This document shows, piece by piece, positions 11,109-26,900 of a stretch of DNA of 64,000 nt (position 1 is the first letter of the stretch; every line of letters begins with the position of its first letter). The position numbers and the translations under genes were made by a program. The notes below the pieces were generated by a model, which was not told where the DNA came from, made no database searches, and saw nothing but the letters and a program-made list of their open reading frames with translations. The DNA lies in contig NC_092679.1 in the NCBI RefSeq assembly GCF_964355755.1, positions 2,634,201 through 2,698,200 on the forward strand, written 5' to 3'. The DNA is from Antedon mediterranea. Taxonomy: Eukaryota; Animalia; Echinodermata.

Positions 11109-14100
11109 TTAGACCTATACACCTTTCACATTTCCTAGCTCCTTCATGTTTTTACAGGTACACTGATACTGAGTGCTGGAAGACTATCTTGTTGCCTGCT
11201 AAAAAACTTTATAACAAAAAAATGTGATGTGCTCATATTTGGAATGGACACGATGATGTCATCAATACTGTACCATATTTGGGCACATCATACTTTTTTG
11301 TCAAACTAGTTTGATAGTTTAGACAGAGCTTTAGACTAGGTTCTAGACAGCGATACTTTGTAGAAATAGAAATGTTTTGCCGTAAGTGTAATACTGTAAC
11401 TATACTTAAGCTGGAAATGTTGTGCCACAAAGGAAGAATAATATAACTGGAAACTTCAGCAACAGACCCTCAACAACTTCTACTTTCTCTCAACAATGAC
11501 AGAATAATTGGTCAGATCCCTGACGCAAAGCTACTTATTGCAGTGGTTCTACAATTATCCAACGACAAAATAATCATAAAGTTACTGTACATCTAAAATT
11601 AACACTGTGTAACAATTGAACTTTTATTAATACAATGAAACATTTCGCATCTTACAAACAGTTAATATAGAAAAAAACAAATAATAGGAAAGTATAAACT
11701 AACAAAGAATGAAATAAAAATGAAAAGCAAAGATAAAAATACATTTTTAAATTTTACTAAGGTGGAATTAGCTACTAATGTTTGTTCAATACAATGTTTA
11801 CTCGATGCAACATTGAACAAATTCTAAATCGTCCGGAATCAAATAATTTAAACATTTTAAAGCTAAAAATCTGAATGAAAATTTGAAGCCAATTGCAATA
11901 ATTGTTAACACATCAAATGGTCTTGCTATATAACAAGAGTACTGTATGTATGTTTTGTTTTTTATACGGATTAAATAATGTGGAAAGGACACTGATAATT
12001 ATATGCAGAGTGATTTGGATAAAATCACACATTTATGGAATTACATTAGTTGCATTTGCATTGGTGCAGATTGTACTAACAACTGCCCTTGGAATATATT
12101 TGCATAATGAATGTTGTTCTATCATTGACATGGTGTAAACATGAAGAAATATGTGTGAATTATGTGCACAAAGCTGATGTATATCATTACAATTTTCATG
12201 TGGTTGCACTACGCAGTTTCCAGATTATGAAACCAACCAAGCATAACGTCTACACATGATAAATGCGGCTAAAAATTTCTGTTACTGAAGCACATTTTTA
12301 AAGAGCCCGTGCAAATGTCTGTTGCTTTCGAACTCTTAATGGTGAATTTTGTTATCATGACTAACCATGTGAGAACACAGCTATCAAGTCAACGCCATTT
12401 AGATGCTCAGAGTGCAGATGCTTGACTCAATAGCCGCATAGTCTAGTGGCATCTCATGAAAATAAAAAGTTGCTAAGGTTTAGGTGGAAAGTTCCAATGA
12501 GTGCAATTCACATGTGTGAATCTTTAACTGTATATATAATACATAAATTAATAACATGTTAAGTTTAACATGTTTATATTATTTAAGTTTTTATCAATAA
12601 CATAAAGTGCTTTTTGTCTTATTAATGAAATTTTGATATGTCTTAATTATGTTTCCTTAGAAATGGAGAAATCACAGAAAATATATCAATTATGTTGGCT
12701 ATTAATTTGTGTTATACAAAAGAAAATGATTTTGTGTTAACTTACTTATTATATGGACTTACAGTACATTACACAATTTCCCATTTAGACTGAAAGTCAT
12801 CATAAACTAAATCTTGCATTTTTTCATGTTGCAACACAAAAACCCTTACATATTTTTACAAGATATTATGAAACACTATTGACGATCAAACTATCTGGAA
12901 TACAAGTTGTATAATAGTGAAAAATAATATAAATTAATATTAATTACTGTATAAAAGATGTGAAGGGCGTTACAATTCTGGCAAGTCAGGTCATATTTTA
13001 GTGTGAAATTCATAAATATGCATCTTTTCATACCAATTTGTTACTTAACTTTGGTCTATGTACTTCAATAATGCACACAATACTGTTTTCAGTGTCTTTT
13101 AAAAACCTGGTTTTCATATGCAATGACTTAAACTTGCCTTCAATTCGATTGCAAACACCTCATGGATGTAAACCCTGTGGGTGACTACACCTTGTGGATG
13201 CGTTTGCAGTGAAATTACAGCAAAGTTTGTGGAAATATGCATAAATACTCATATATATGGTGATTTTATGTTTATTCTGTGTATGCAAGTTCCTCAAAGA
13301 AGAGCTCTCCTCTTCTCACCACTGTGGAAAACAATCTATCCTTGCTACCACATAACCATATCAGGTATTTTATGCTTTTTGTTGTGTACTGTATGGGTCA
13401 AAACACTGAGATCTCAATGGGCATGATATTGTAATCAAAATACTGAAAATGCAAGGAAAACCAGGTTTTTTTTAAAACATCAAAAAATAAATAACGGTAA
13501 CGATCATCACCACCACAACACAATTTGTCAACAGAATTTACAGCATCTTCATTTAAAATTAACATCCACACACTACCAACGACCTCTGCTCGCATCATAC
13601 ATACAAATACTTAAAAACATACTATATCAACTTTATGCATATTATAATAAATATAAAAACTAGAAAACATCTTTCAACATATTTCTTTCAGGCATTTTCA
13701 TTTATGCGGACATCCTTCGATTAAATCGAGAGAGCTTACAAACCTTATGGGACAGACTGGAATATCATAAAGCATAGTCCAGGAGAAAATAAACATTTAG
13801 TAAGGTTTTTAAGCAGATGCTTTGTTTTTTTCTCCCAGTATATTACTTTCAATTGAAAGCTCCCTAATATGGGTATATCGCGACTATATATGGTAGTACC
13901 CAAATGAGTCACATTGAAGTAATTTTAATACCCTGATTATTATGTACACCTAGTATGGCAACTTGGGTACATTATGACTATTTTTAAGCATGACTATATA
14001 AGGGCATTAAAACCTCATACAATGGGTGCTTTGTGACCATATATGGGCAATAACATTATATAACGATAACATTAGTAAACCATTATATTATATACGCAAA

Positions 14101-14576
14101 ATATAATAACTTGAATATGGATGTGACTTATAATATATATTATACTAATATGGATATTGCATGACCATATTTGGGCATATATCAAATAAACAATGCCTGC
14201 AGTAAGGATGCTCTAAACTTTTAACTATTTAAATTTTATATCTGTTCATTTCACAAAACATTCCTCAAATACTAATACAATACAAACGATTTAACTTACA
14301 AACACAAAGTCTATTTTTTCTTTTCTGATCATACAAAATCATGGCCTTGCCTAGTCTGTATTTACAAGTTATTTACATTATAATTTACAGTCCTTTATAT
14401 ATTGAAAAAACAACATCAAAATAAAGGGTTACAACGTCACAAACACATTATTTCTTAAACTGTTGGAAAGAAATTGGATTTAATTATAATCATCTGTCTT
14501 TCAATGATCAATATTCATTTTATGATTGTTAAATCAACAATTTCATGATCTTTCTTCAGAATCTATTCATGGCTAA

Positions 14577-14718
14577 AGCTCTGTCCACACTATCGAACTT
14601 TATGTGACAAAAAAATGTAATTTGCCCATATATGAATATGATGATGATGTCATAGCACTACCATATTTGGGAGTATCACTACCATATTTGGGCACATTAC
14701 ACTTTTGTAGACAAAGCT
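14577..14718. mobile_element. MITE family A copy in the probable XPO1 3' UTR
   Basis: AGCTCTGTCCACACTATCGAACT ... TGTAGACAAAGCT, ~220 nt beyond the XPO1 stop. Confidence 0.78.
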
Positions 14719-14939
14719 TTAAGCTGTGGTAGAAGATACGGTGTATTTAACAAACACGTTCATCAGGGCTTAGGTAACTAACAAAATGGCTATTTGCATC
14801 TTGGGTTGTAAACATCAACGTCAAACTACGCCACACGGTTAAGTATGCTAGAACCTTGTGCCTTTCCTTCTCTACCACGACACGCATCTAGCGGCGCAGA
14901 ATTTCTTCAAGTTCTGTGTTTACTAAAGGTTATAGTTTT

Positions 14940-17900
14940 TTAGTCCTGCATGTCATCCGAGATGTCGTGCGGGTTGATGATACCAGGGACAGACATTTGC
15001 ACCTTCCTCTTTTCTTCTTCTGCTTGTCTTAACATCGATTCTCGTTCTTCGACAAATAAATCTGATTGATCGGCGCCAGCAATTTCCTACAAACGGAAAA
15101 AAACAATCCAAAATTGTATTTTCTGCTTTTAAACATTTTTTGTCAGAGATACTTTCATCTAAATATTTCTGAAAATACTGTATTTATATTATATTTTAAT
15201 ATACCTTTATTTGAACCAAGAAGTCCCGCAGATGTTCTTTGAAGGCTGCAATATCTTGGTTTAAACTGAAGAGTCCCGTAACAAACAACTTGATTTGTAA
15301 CCTAGTAAAGAAACAACGAAAAGTATATCTGATAAGGACACTAAAGCACAGTTTTTAGAAGCTCATTATTTTCTTTACTTTATTTATTGTTATGGACAGA
15401 TAAATTTTTATAAATAGACGATAAAAAAGTTAGACTTACTCTTGAAGATGAGGGAATGCATTCTTGAGCAACTTGCCCGTAAACTCCTTAATGTAATCTT
15501 CGTTGGCCGCCTCGCCACGTGCGGCATCCAACGCCACCACTATTCTCTTCCTTTCTACCAAGTTAAACATGTACGCTAGGATAGTCGCATGCATTGTCAA
15601 ACCTGCAAATAATAATCAATTTATATATTAACGCACATAACCAGAAAATTGCTCAAGGCGTAAATAATAACAGTAAGTCATTCTTGTATTTTGAAATTTG
15701 AAAAATGTCCCAACAAATTGCATTCCTCAAAACATTCAGGGGTGCTGTAGGTATGCTGTTTGTATATCGTGGTGGGTAGAAGTTTATCAAATTTAAATGT
15801 GCTGTAAATGACGCACCCCAAAGGCATTTTAGGAGTGTGTTGAGTGATCAAAAAAGACAATGCCTTAGTCTCTGGATCAGCTATTAAATGATGCAAAAAG
15901 TGCCTCATAAATCATAGATGAGTTTCGTTACCTGCTGTATGAGATGTATCCGTGACAACTGAGAGAACATGTTGTAAGATATCGGTGTAGTATGTCTGGT
16001 AAAAGTTCTGGGCAGCGTTTGTGTCCTGCCATATGTTCTGCAGTAAGCCATAAAGTATTGCAAGCCCTGTCAAAGAAAAACGCATTCACATATTAAAAGT
16101 ATGTTCAGACTAAAGCTCTATCTACACTATCAAACTACCTAATCCAGAATCATGTTTACGGAACTTGCTATACAAACACTAAAAATCTGTCTACATTATC
16201 AAACTTTATGTGACAAAAAAATGTGATTTGCCCATATATGGACGAGGTCATAATACTACCATATTTGGGTATATCACTACTAGATTGATAGTGTAGACAG
16301 AGCTTTAGCTCAGTGGATAGTGTGGAAATATGAGCATTCAAATCCATCCAAGTTTTTTTATGAAGTGTGAATGCAGAGCTTAAAAGTATTGTATAGATAT
16401 ATTCCTAATGGATTCTGTGTGAAATTAAATTGTGTTGGTTGGGAGGACCCTCAGAGCTTTCTAATTTCAACATATCACCCAAGAAATCTTTGAGTACTTA
16501 AAAGTACTCTATATAGCTAAATCGCCAAGTATGAATTCCTAGTGTAAGTGTTTTTAAAACGGCATAACAAATTCTTACCAGTATCTGCGACATTTCTCAT
16601 GGTATGCTTCATCGCCCACACGATGGAGTCGAGAATAAGCTTGAACTGTGCCGCTGGTATCTGAATAAGAGCCGCAAAGCAATGATTACTAACAGCTTGT
16701 AACAGCAGGAAGAAGTTTGTCCTGTGTTCTGGGTATTCTTCAAAGTCCTTGTTTATCATTTCAACAGTACATTCAAAAACGTGATCAAAGATTTTGGGGA
16801 TTTGGTTTGTTATGTGATTCTGAAATAAAAAGAAGAAAACATAGAAAATGTACACAATAAAAATTATCTATTTAAAGTATTATTTAATTTATATTTATAT
16901 TTATCATTTGTATTATTTAGTAAACAAAACCATGAATATTGTAAAGCTCTGTCTACACTATCAAATTTTGACAAAAAAGTGATATGCCCAAATATGGTAG
17001 TGATATGCCCAAATATGGTAGTGGTATGACATCATCATGTCCTTAAATGGTCACATAACTTTTTTGTCACATAAACTTTGATAGTGTAGACATTTCCCTA
17101 TATTTCATATAGAAATTGCAAAAAAAAGTATTGGTGCATGTCACTTTTGTAAAATCTATATAATGGTATATTTTAATTCCACTTCTGCCAATGAATAATT
17201 AAGAAATTATCAATTACAACACTTACCTCTAGTTTATTTACAATTGTTGCCATAGTACTAAGTACCTCAGGTTCTCTGCCAGCGGGAACGTTTCGTTTGT
17301 AATCGGAAAGAACAGCTTCCAGAAGCGGTGGGATAAAATTCTCAATTACCTGAAAAAAGCAACCAAAATTAATAAAAAAAGGAACTTTAATTTACATTAT
17401 TAATATTAATGAATGTATGCGTTAGTACTAATTCTTATTTTAGGCAAATTGCCAAGCAGCCAACAGTGAGTTAATTAATTAACTATTCTTCACAGTTACT
17501 AGCAACGCAGTCCTGAAAAAAAAACACCCAAGAAACATGGCACCTGACACGATTTGCACCCAGTACTCTAGGATCAGGATCTGAAAGAAGTATATTTACC
17601 ATTTTGGGGTCATTTGATCTGCTAACCCAACCAGAGATCAGTTTCAACGTCTCTTTCTTTACAGTTCTCATAGCTCTGATAAGAGGCACCTTTGTCACTG
17701 ATTCTCCATTTTGTGTTATGGCTGCCGAGATATTCTCACTCATACACTTATAAACATTCAACATATCAAGGTATATTCTCCCAAGCTGTAAAGAAATTAA
17801 CAAAATCAATCATTATATCTAATAATATTATACAATAGTGTTTATATGTTGTATACTTTTAATATATATAACATAATTTTGATTTTACATATTTTTTATA

Positions 17901-20900
17901 TACTTTACAGAACCATTTATTTACAGAACCATTTCTTTACAGAACCAGTTCTTCCACACTGTAAAGCTCTGTCTACACTATCAAACAAGTTTGAAAAAAC
18001 TACCGAAATATAATAGTGCTATGCCTAAATATGGTAGCGATATGACATCATCATGTCCATATATGGGAAAATCACATCTGTTTTTGTCTCATAAAGACCT
18101 GACCTGGGATTACTAACCAATCCAGAATCACATGTTTACGGAACTTCCTATACAAACACTTAGTTAATGGGAATAACAGACATACAAGTATTAACTTATA
18201 ACAGTAGAGCTAATGACAATAACAGCCATACAAGTATGAACTTAAAATAGTATGAAGAGCTAAAAATATCCTTACCTGTACAACAAAAGGATGTCCTACA
18301 GCCTTACATGCCCGCACATTTGTCTTCAAAATACTTCCTAATTGTTTTACGGTCTCCGGTTCTTGCAATACATCCATTTTCTGTAAAAAACACAAAATAG
18401 TAGTAATTGTCACAACATGTAGTATTGTCAAAACATTCTAAAACATTGTTATAAGGTAGGCCTACAGCCTTTTAGCAAATTCACAGTATTAGTCGCATTA
18501 CTATGTCACCCAGAGCTTCCAAAATTGTTCCTGTACCTCCATGACATAAAGAGAATGTCACTTACTTTAGTTGCTTCTTGAATGATATTATCCCAGACTT
18601 GGTTTGGTAACAACATATATTTTTCTATCAGATGTTCTTGTACCATAGAGTCTGTTTGCGCACTTATCATATAACCAACTGCTTCATAAAACGTATGCAC
18701 CTACAAAAGTTAGTAAAGGATGGTTATTAAAGTTAATGAATGGTAAACAGTAAAATATTATAAATGTTATATTTTAATGTTAATATTTATTATGATTATT
18801 GAATTACTGATGACTTAATTGATTATTAAAGATAGATTTTGATGGAAATTACCTGTTGGGGTTGAAGATCACATATGATAGATTGAATACCATTGAGTAT
18901 TTCCTCAATAAATGGCATCACTTCGCCAACTTGTACCTGCACAAAATGACGCCTACACTTCTGTGCAATTTTTATAAATGTGTCACATGCCATGTCCTGT
19001 ACCCCATCATGCGTTTCTATGTTTAAAAAAGAAATTTGTCTTATATGAGATATTGAAATAATTTTTCCATACTCTTCAACCAAATTAATTAATCATAATT
19101 GTACAAATGAACAACAAACATAACTTTAAACTTCTCTAGAAACGTTTTCCGTCATTACGCTTTCCCCAATTTGTTTCCATATTTTTCTGTTTTGGGCAGG
19201 ATGGTTTGTTATTGTGCTAAATTCTAACTTTAAACTCACCATGCATAAACTCAAACAGCTTATTTACAACAGTTTTCAGAAATTTCCAATGAGCTCTGAG
19301 GAATCGTGGGTATTGGCCAACGACGTACATGATGTTTGAAGCTATGATGGCTTTGTTGTCTTTTCCTCTCTTTTGTTCACACAAACCCAATAAATCTTTG
19401 ATTACTGTTACTAAAAATCGTTTTTCATCCTCTTCGTGCATAGCGCCACTAATTGAGCCTATTGCCCAGCATAACTGTGGAGGAATGATAGAAAATATTC
19501 AGCGGGTAATCTTTCATGATTCTAAAGCTCTGTCTACACTATCAAACTTTAGGACACAAAAAAAAATGTAATGTGCCCATATATGGACATGATGACATCA
19601 TATCACTACCATATTTAAGCATTTTACTACCATATTTGGGCACATCACACTTTTTTTGTCACACATGTGATAGTGTAGGCAGAGCTTTAAGGAGGTAAAT
19701 ACAATGCTGTATATATCATGTTATAATTTGCATAAATAATATGAACTCTTAAGTTTTACAGTCTGGGGGAAAATGGCAAAGGCTTCCTACTTTCTAGGAG
19801 TTTTATGTTTTCACTAAGAATCTTTATCTTACTGTATTGAGATTTTTCCAAGACCATTCCTGTCCATTAACCTGCAGATGCAGTTTTTCTGTCATTATTT
19901 GTTCTGTGTCGGCATAATCCAAATGAGTCAAGTATACTGAAAATATTAAATAACATCAATCACATTCAAAATGAGTTCATCCACATCAAATAGCAATCGC
20001 CAATTACAGGATAGATAAACTATATCATGCCTTAAAGCAAGGCAATCTAACAACAGGACACTGAGCTCACATTGCCAAGATAGGAACTAGTAACAGTCCT
20101 TTGATCTTATGTCTGGCTGCAACAAATACCAACAGTACTGTACTATGTACGCATTCTCGGCAGCATGTGGTGTCTGTTTAGGGGTGTGGAACTGATCGTG
20201 TCGCAGCCACAGATAAACCCTTAGCATTCTATTGTTAGATTGCCTTACTTAAAGTTTCTTATGAGACTGAGGGAGTGGTAGAACCACAAGTTACATGCTA
20301 CTTTCACATACCTAATGTTTCTCTCATATTTTTGTACATATTAATTGAGTCTGTATCCTTCATGAACTCTCTCACAACTTCTCCTTGGTCGTTCTCAACG
20401 ACTAAAACCTCTTCTGGCTTCGCCATTCTTGATATCATAATTTTTCTGACCTGTAAAAAAAAAAAAAAGTTAAGTTGATTAGTTATTAACTGAATTATTA
20501 AATGCATAATCCGAACTCTTTGGTTAATTTGCTCTTTTTCAACTCGTAAGGACAAAAGTGAGTCATTTAGGAGTTCTAAGTAGGTGATTGAACCAATATT
20601 TTTTGGAAGAGTGCCATTGAATCTAAACAAAACAATACAGTATTTTCCAGAAAGCAACCAACATGCCAAACCGCTAGCGGCAATATTTTCTTTATTTTTC
20701 TACATGCTTTCAATTAAAGAACTTGCATAAGAAAACAAATATATTAACACGGTTAAAAAACAAATGATATTAAGTTTAGAAAGGTTGCCCTTATTTATTT
20801 ATTAACTAATTATTCTTCAATGTTTAGGGGCTAAACTTGATTAGTTCTTTAGCCCTTGATATATTATGTTTCATAAATGCTTATAACTTATTTTTAGATA

Positions 20901-23900
20901 AATAATAAAATAAATAAATAAAAAAATACCTTTGATAAAACATTAAGGTACATTTTTCTTCTCGGTGGGATATCAGTTGATGACGTATTTGCTAAAACTA
21001 TTGGAGATGACGGTGTCGATGAGAACGGACTCTCTCGATACAAATCTGAAGCAAGTGTGTTCCAGTTCTCCAAACAAATCTTAAATATTTCTGTTTCTTC
21101 CACTTCTGATATTAATGTCAAATAATGATGTGCCTGAAAAAAATCATAATCATAATATAATTAGTGTTGCTAAAAAAAAATTATAAGTTCGAAATCATAA
21201 TACTGTCAAATGAATATAATAATATAGTCAAAGAAAGTCAGATGGAAACGAGATCTGTCAGATTCGACGGCTCAGTCCATCATATTATATTTTTATATTT
21301 ATTTATATTTTAATATTGAATTCATTCAATTAATTCTATACTACTGTAAGTAATCGTACAAGGTTAATGGTATCAGGATAAATTTGTACTTGTGCTTTAT
21401 AAATTAACAAAAATATATGTCATTTTTATCCATTGTTGCTAATTAACAAGCCAATATGTAAAACTTACCTCAAGAAGAATTTCAGATAATTCTTGTTTCT
21501 TTTCTATCAATTGAATATGCTCTTTAAAAAACGTACAGAGGAATAACGCTAGATTCTGAATAAAGTTCTGCTCATCATCTCGTCCATTAGCATAAGCTTC
21601 TTTGATGTTTGTATCAAGCGGTAGCATCTACGAAAAAATTAATTTAATGTATAACCAATCCTCATCTAAACCACTGTTTCAATGTAAAATGTATTGATTT
21701 GGTACTATGCTAGAATAAACCCTTTGAAGAATTTTCGATTTCATATATTTTTTCCTCTGAAAATTTAATTTTGTCCTTCCTGTACTGTATTACGTAATCA
21801 CAAGTGGGAACCGACGACGCAACAGTGCTGCATACATCGTAGGTTTCATTTCAAACAGGCAGGGGCAAACACAATTATTGGAAGGGCATTTTCTTACGTT
21901 GCATAGGTTGTGTTACGTTGTGTCGCTAGTGGGAACCAAGCTTCAGACGTGCTAAGCCAGTGGACTTTGCAATGCTTCCTACATTACACCACTAAATTCC
22001 TTACCTGTTTTAACTGCGTCATTGTGAGTGTAAAGAGTACCACGAATTGTTCATCGTACTGGCTGACGTTTATTCCAGCAATTTCAGTCAAACATTTCAG
22101 CGTTGTGTTTCGAAACATTGGAACGTTCAAAAACTATAAAAATTAAAGAAATGAATAGATTCATTTTTAGAACTGAAGGACTGAAACGAATTCCCTTAAA
22201 TATTTGCTACAGTTAATTTATTGTTATAATGAGCAGTATGTGTTGCTGAATGAAACTAAAGCTTTGTCTACACTATGAAACAAAACAAATATATGGTAGT
22301 GATATGCCATGTCCATATATGGGCACATCACATTTCTTTTTGTCACATAAAGTTTAGTAGTGTAGACAGAGATTTAGATTAAAATCTATCATTCTCTTTA
22401 AATGAATTATTAGAATGCTTTATTATTGCCATAGAAATATTGACATTAAATATCTATGGAACTGAAAAATGCTTTAAAACAACTACCGTATAATAAAAGT
22501 AGTACAATTTAATTGAATCAATAAACAAAGCTATTTATAGGTTTCTTCTTAAAGATGCCACTAGTTCATAACAAAACTAGGTTGTAAAAATCTTGTCTAA
22601 TTAACTATTTAAGACAGGGCCATGAAGTGAACAACAACCTCACAAAAAAACAAAAAACACAATGACGAACTAAGTGTTGGAAATGGTAAAAACGTGAACA
22701 CACAGATTACATTACAACGTTGGTAAAAAAAGTTTGTTTTTCTTTCTACTGAGTTGATTTAAAAATTAAAAAAAAAGAAAAAGAAAGAAAAAACTAAGAA
22801 AAATTAAAATTTGAAAAAGTGTATAAAATGTACTTGTTTTACTTATTTCATACACATACCGGTATTTGCTAATAATATTTTATTATTATAAAAATCCATT
22901 CAGTGAGTCTACATTGTCATTGTGGTTCGTTTGATTTAAGATTTTGGTATCAGTCACTTCATGTTCCTATGTATCATTATGCATGTGTTTTTATAATAAG
23001 CAGTCGGCCTACACCACAGGGTGAGGTCAAGCATTTTGTTACCACTAATACCTGACTGTAGGCCCTCTGTATGGGAGGAGTACTAGGACAGGTTAGCAAA
23101 CACTCAAAGGACCTGAAAGAGATCATTCTGCTATAGCATGGAAAAAAACAAGATCACTTTACCTAGGGCTACATAAACCAAAATAAAGTATTGAATTTCC
23201 CAATTTTGAAAACTATCATTATAACAAATCTCATTACAAACATAGTTTTATCAGAATTCAATTTTACTTTGTACTGTTTTCTGTTGCTAAGGAACAGTCA
23301 CAGTTGATTGCACTCGATACTTTTATTATAATAGTGAAAATAATAATTGACTTTGTCCATGAAATTTGTTTTGTGAAAATATAACCTTTCATAAACTTAT
23401 GAAGGTTCTTGCACACAAAACTGCTTCATTCAATAATAATTTAAGTAAATTATGTTTATAAATGACATGATTATAAAATGAGGTTATATTCATACTATAG
23501 ATGGTTGGATCACAGTATGAATATTATCAAAAATTGAGAATAGATTTACCTTGTCAGTATGGCAATGATAAAGATGATGAGTCATGAGAAAATAACATAA
23601 ACAAACAACAACATAAACCAACAGAATTAATATATTGCAACTGAATCAATCACTTCAATAAATATGCAATTTATCACAATTAGGCAATTAAAAGCATTGT
23701 TGTGACTAATAAACCGCAACTAATTCATAGTTAAATTGAATTATATTGCATTTAGCTTGGTGTATGTTACAATCACTTCAGTTATATAATATAATTTCCT
23801 TCAGTAGTTAGTAATCAACGCCTTTACAAATGTGCAATACATGTTGAAACTTGTTATCCTTATACATTTTAGTTCATAATGTTAACAACATTTATAGAAT

Positions 23901-26900
23901 ACTATAACCTCTCCTTTGGAACACTCTAATTCAGGAACACCAACATTTTTATGAGTACTCGCGGTGTCCTAATTGGGTTGTTGGTTGATAAATCAGAAGT
24001 TAAATTAATTATTCTTTTATTTTTATTGAGATTTTGGAGTATTCATTGCACATATTTGTAAAGAATATGATTATTTAAATAGATAATTATATTAGTTAGA
24101 AATGTGAAACAAATGGTTACCTTGTAGATCAGAGTACTAATTTGTTTAGTTTCAAAAATATATCCAAGTGGAATCCAGTTTAAGAACTTTAACAACGTTT
24201 CAAGTGTTGAACCAACAAGTGGTGCATTCTGGGAGTTGTCCTAAAACAATAAGTAAGAAAGTATAAATAGTTATTGCTTTCCAAGAACAGTACAATAAAA
24301 CAGCATAACATTTACATTGACTAAACATTATACTCACAGTTGATATTTAGATATCATAAATATTACTACCGATTGTTAAACAAAAATAATTGATAATAAA
24401 TAATTATTTCTGAAGAACATTAATTAAACCTGTTAGTGTTAGGTCAAAAAGTGGAGCGGCGATTTTTGTAAAAAATATTTCTTGTTTTAAATATTTTCAT
24501 TGTGAAGATGCATACTTAACAAATGTATTAGATTACATAGGGGTCTGAGAAACCTTACTGTTTTGGTTATAAAATATATCACCTTTTGGGGAAATAATAG
24601 TAAAGTTTGAAGCAGGAAGAGAAAAGAATGTAAAATGAATAAGAAAATGGCAATAATGGTATATTATAACAAGTGTGTATTTAAAGAAACACAAAAAAAA
24701 TGAAGGTCAAAATTTTTTTAATTTAAATTGGCCATATCAAAGTATGAGATATGTTTTGATAGAAAACTTTGACCGGAAGTCAAAGTTATTTTTTGAACCA
24801 AAAAAACACAAAAACAAATTAATTTTTTACTCATTTTTGGTGAAAATTAATAACTATTATGATACTTCAAAATGACCCACTTTTTTTAAAAATCTTTTTT
24901 TTGGGGGGGGGGGGGGAAATTTGACAAAGAGACAATACATCTTTAAACATAATAAAATGTAAACAAAGAAATTAAAGTTTATTTATGTGTTTATTCTAGT
25001 ACTGCACATTAGAATGAACAATCCATTTAACCAGGCATGTATATAAAAAGTTGGGTCTTTATTTATAATCCTTTGAAAAGAAAAAAATTCAACTATAGAA
25101 TTCAATAACAGAAGAAACAAAACTAATAACAATTAATCCTATTTTTTCTTAGTGGGAGGCTGCTTATAATTCAATTCACAAATGTTTATTTTTCTCATCA
25201 AATAAAAGTAGAAAACAACAAGGAAATACAAATAGTCCATAGATATAATTAGAAAACTTACCAGAACTAGCTGACACAACTGAAACACTTGTGAGAATTC
25301 ATTACACATACTGTCTTTAAGATGTTTGGCTTTTGCCTGTGTCATCTGACCACTTGAGAAGTCAAACACTTCCTCACTAAAAAACAATAACAAAAATTAC
25401 AATGATGATTTATTGTCGCATATAAAAAAAAGTAAGGCATTAAAAGTACATAGGTTATACTCTAAACAAACAACAAGTGCCGCAAATAATACTTAAAAAA
25501 ATACTTTTATTTCACTTGCTCTGGTCGCACCTTCATTCAAGAAGTGTACCACTGTTTCAAAAGTGTAGCTTCCAAATAATTTATATTATTATGTATTGTT
25601 TATAGCATCATTCTATGTATGATTTTTTTATTTTTTTCCAAGAACATGTATAGTAATTTAAACAGCGTGCTAAAAATACAAAAGGAAAAGATTATGCTAC
25701 CTATAATATTATACACACACGTTAATTAGTAGTACCATCAACTGTCTGCAACAATCGTAATTGATTTAAAATTTAAAATAAAAAATAGCACTTTAAGAGC
25801 ACTTAATTAAGATGCTAATTGTGGGCGACGTACACTGTAAAAACAAACAACAAACATGTAAAGAATAACATGTTGTCTAATTCTTAATGAATAATGTAAT
25901 TGATTATGAACATCGTTTTTAATGACATGTTGTAGTCCCATCACAAAACCTTGATTTAAGTCAGTCAAATAGAAATAAATTATCACATCTGTATCTTGGA
26001 GTAAATAAGTATTTAGTATTCATGGTCAAACACAGGTTTGAAATTATTTTCGTTTGTTCAACGTTAAAAAATTGACATAAAAAAATATAAAAATGAGTTT
26101 AAAAAAAGTAAAAATTTAGTAAAATACAGATAAAACACATCATTTAAAATACAAAATACAATAAAACCAAGCTGTATACATTAAAATAATAAATAATGGT
26201 GGTAGTAGTCTTTATTTAGCGCACAATACAATGTTTCTAAGCACTTTACACACAAAAAAAAACAAAATACCCAAAAAACAAAGGGGGAAAAAATGTGTAG
26301 CAAATAAATTATGACAAACCTGAGAAGTTTCAAGATAATCATATTATTCTGACAAAGAGATTCATTTGTCTTGCTAGCGCCAACGATGTCACTGATAAAC
26401 GTTGGCCAGTTCTTAGGCCACTCTTGTTTCACAATCTGCACTAAGATCATGTTCAGCTTACCAAGGTACACCTTCTCTTTCTGTAATAAAAAAAAAAGGA
26501 ATGTCAAAGTCACAGCAGAAAAAACAAATACTTATAGTTTTTTTATTATTAAATATAGAATCATTTCCTTGTTTTACAGATTTTTAAATAGGACACACAA
26601 TTTTTGTTGGGTGGAAAAGAGCTTTTAGAGGGTTGGGTTAACTTGATCTAGGAGTCAGGTTGATTATTAAAGCTTTGTCTACACTATCAAACTATTTTGA
26701 CAAAACAAGTGTGATGTGCCCAAATATGGTAGTGATATGACATCATCATGTCCATATATGGGCACATCACATTTTGTTGTCACATAAAGTTTGATAGTGT
26801 AGACAGAGTTTTAATCTTGAGTTAGCTTGATAATCTAGGGGTTAGGTAGATATACAGTACATTTTACTTTTAAAATTGTGCAGCCGAATTTGTTGGTGGC

